From positions 3,424,001 to 3,488,000 of the forward strand of contig CP170459.1 in the NCBI GenBank assembly GCA_047947115.1: 64,000 nt of DNA, in the 5' to 3' direction. The DNA comes from Verrucomicrobiota bacterium (lineage in GTDB: Bacteria > Verrucomicrobiota > Verrucomicrobiia > Limisphaerales > AAA164-E04). Positions within the stretch are counted from its first letter, which is position 1. Every line of letters begins with the position of its first letter. The notes under the pieces are model-generated. The model saw only the letters and a program-made list of their open reading frames with translations. It was not told the DNA's origin and did no database searches. This document shows, one piece after another, positions 63,095 through 64,000 of the stretch. The translations under genes and the position numbers were made by a program.

Positions 63095-64000
63095 TCAAGG
63101 AACTGACTTGTTCAAGGCTTCCAATCGAATGTTGATGTCATCCAGTTTGGTATCCAGATTCCCTGACTCGGCAATTCTTTTCATGCCCGACAATATGTTT
63201 TCCTTTTCGGAATAATCCGGATCTGCTTCCAGGAGGGTCTCCATTCTTTGGATCGCTGATTCCAATTTGCCGGCCTGACGATCGATTCCTGCGAGTTCCA
63301 GGAGGATTCTGTTCCTTTGTTGTGGGGTGGGTTTGAGTTTGAGCGCTCGTTCGTAGGTGTAAATGGCTTCCTCCTGACGATTCAAGGTCATGTATAGATC
63401 CGCCAACTTCTCGCAAAGAGCAGGATGCAGCTTGGACAAGGGATCACTTTCCAGGGCTCCAAGCACCACCGTTTTTTCCGCCCCATTTTGCAGTGCCTGA
63501 TTAGCCGCCAGAATGCGCACCCAGGCCAGCAACGGACTGTTTGCGCCTCCCAATTCCATTTGCAGCAGTTCGATGGGTTTGCTCAGAGGTAAATAGAGCG
63601 GGTCGCCAACGATGGTTGTCTGCCATGAAAGCACGCGCTGGCACGCATAGGCGGCTTCTCCGAAACTGAATCCCATGAGCAGGCGCTCAAAAAACACTGC
63701 AATATCCGGAGTGGCGCCCAAGTAGGGCTCGTATACGCATCCCATCGTCGCTGTCGCCCCTTTTGCCAATAAGGGGCCTGCCCAATGCTTGTCGGAGGTG
63801 CGCAGTTTGGCGGCGCTTTCGGAATGCAGATGGTAAGCGATGGCTCCGGGCATGAATTCCACTTCTTCGCGAGTGAATGGCCCCGTGACGTGCGCTGTAT
63901 ACCATCCGGCGTAAAAGGCGATTTGACTCATTGGAAATCCCTCGGAAAAGAGGTTTTCCTGGTCGTCAAGGGTAGTCTCAAATCCGGCTTTGGCGGCAAG
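63095..64000 (-). CDS. TIGR03790-like protein with C-terminal TPR repeats, 5' partial
   Basis: The frame stays open to the window edge (LAAKAGFETTLDDQENLF...). Motifs YAGWY, GAIAYHLHS, GATATMGCVYEPYL, LSWQ...GDPLY. Confidence 0.78.
   Translation of the reverse strand, partial: LAAKAGFETTLDDQENLFSEGFPMSQIAFYAGWYTAHVTGPFTREEVEFMPGAIAYHLHSESAAKLRTSDKHWAGPLLAKGATATMGCVYEPYLGATPDIAVFFERLLMGFSFGEAAYACQRVLSWQTTIVGDPLYLPLSKPIELLQMELGGANSPLLAWVRILAANQALQNGAEKTVVLGALESDPLSKLHPALCEKLADLYMTLNRQEEAIYTYERALKLKPTPQQRNRILLELAGIDRQAGKLESAIQRMETLLEADPDYSEKENILSGMKRIAESGNLDTKLDDINIRLEALNKSVP

Overview
Gene-dense bacterial chromosomal window. Gene content suggests a PVC-superphylum organism, most likely Verrucomicrobia; this is inference from the DUF1549/1553 cytochromes, DUF1501, H-X9-DG prepilin-like proteins, RNase HIII and a TIGR03790-like gene. 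Housekeeping genes are ffh, polX, mutY, rnhC, trxA, glnK-amtB with a sigma54 promoter, and two rRNA methyltransferases. Accessory content is one DUF1592/DUF1552 and three DUF1549-DUF1553/DUF1501 cytochrome-c operons, sugar-catabolic enzymes, a VapBC pair, a hybrid histidine kinase and a 1174-aa secreted protein with a tandem-duplicated domain. Two genes that the ORF track splits are best read as single selenoproteins with in-frame UGA plus a SECIS-like hairpin: a secreted thioredoxin(UxxC)/heme-c/2xPDZ protein (32184-33515) and a formate dehydrogenase alpha subunit (38708-41440) behind a fused NuoE/NuoF-like subunit. Other signals are many apparently leaderless sigma70 promoters, a perfect 27-bp inverted repeat built from 9-bp units, and several palindromic intergenic elements. 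No rRNA, tRNA, CRISPR array, transposase or integrase was seen. Family assignments come from motif recognition, not database searches.
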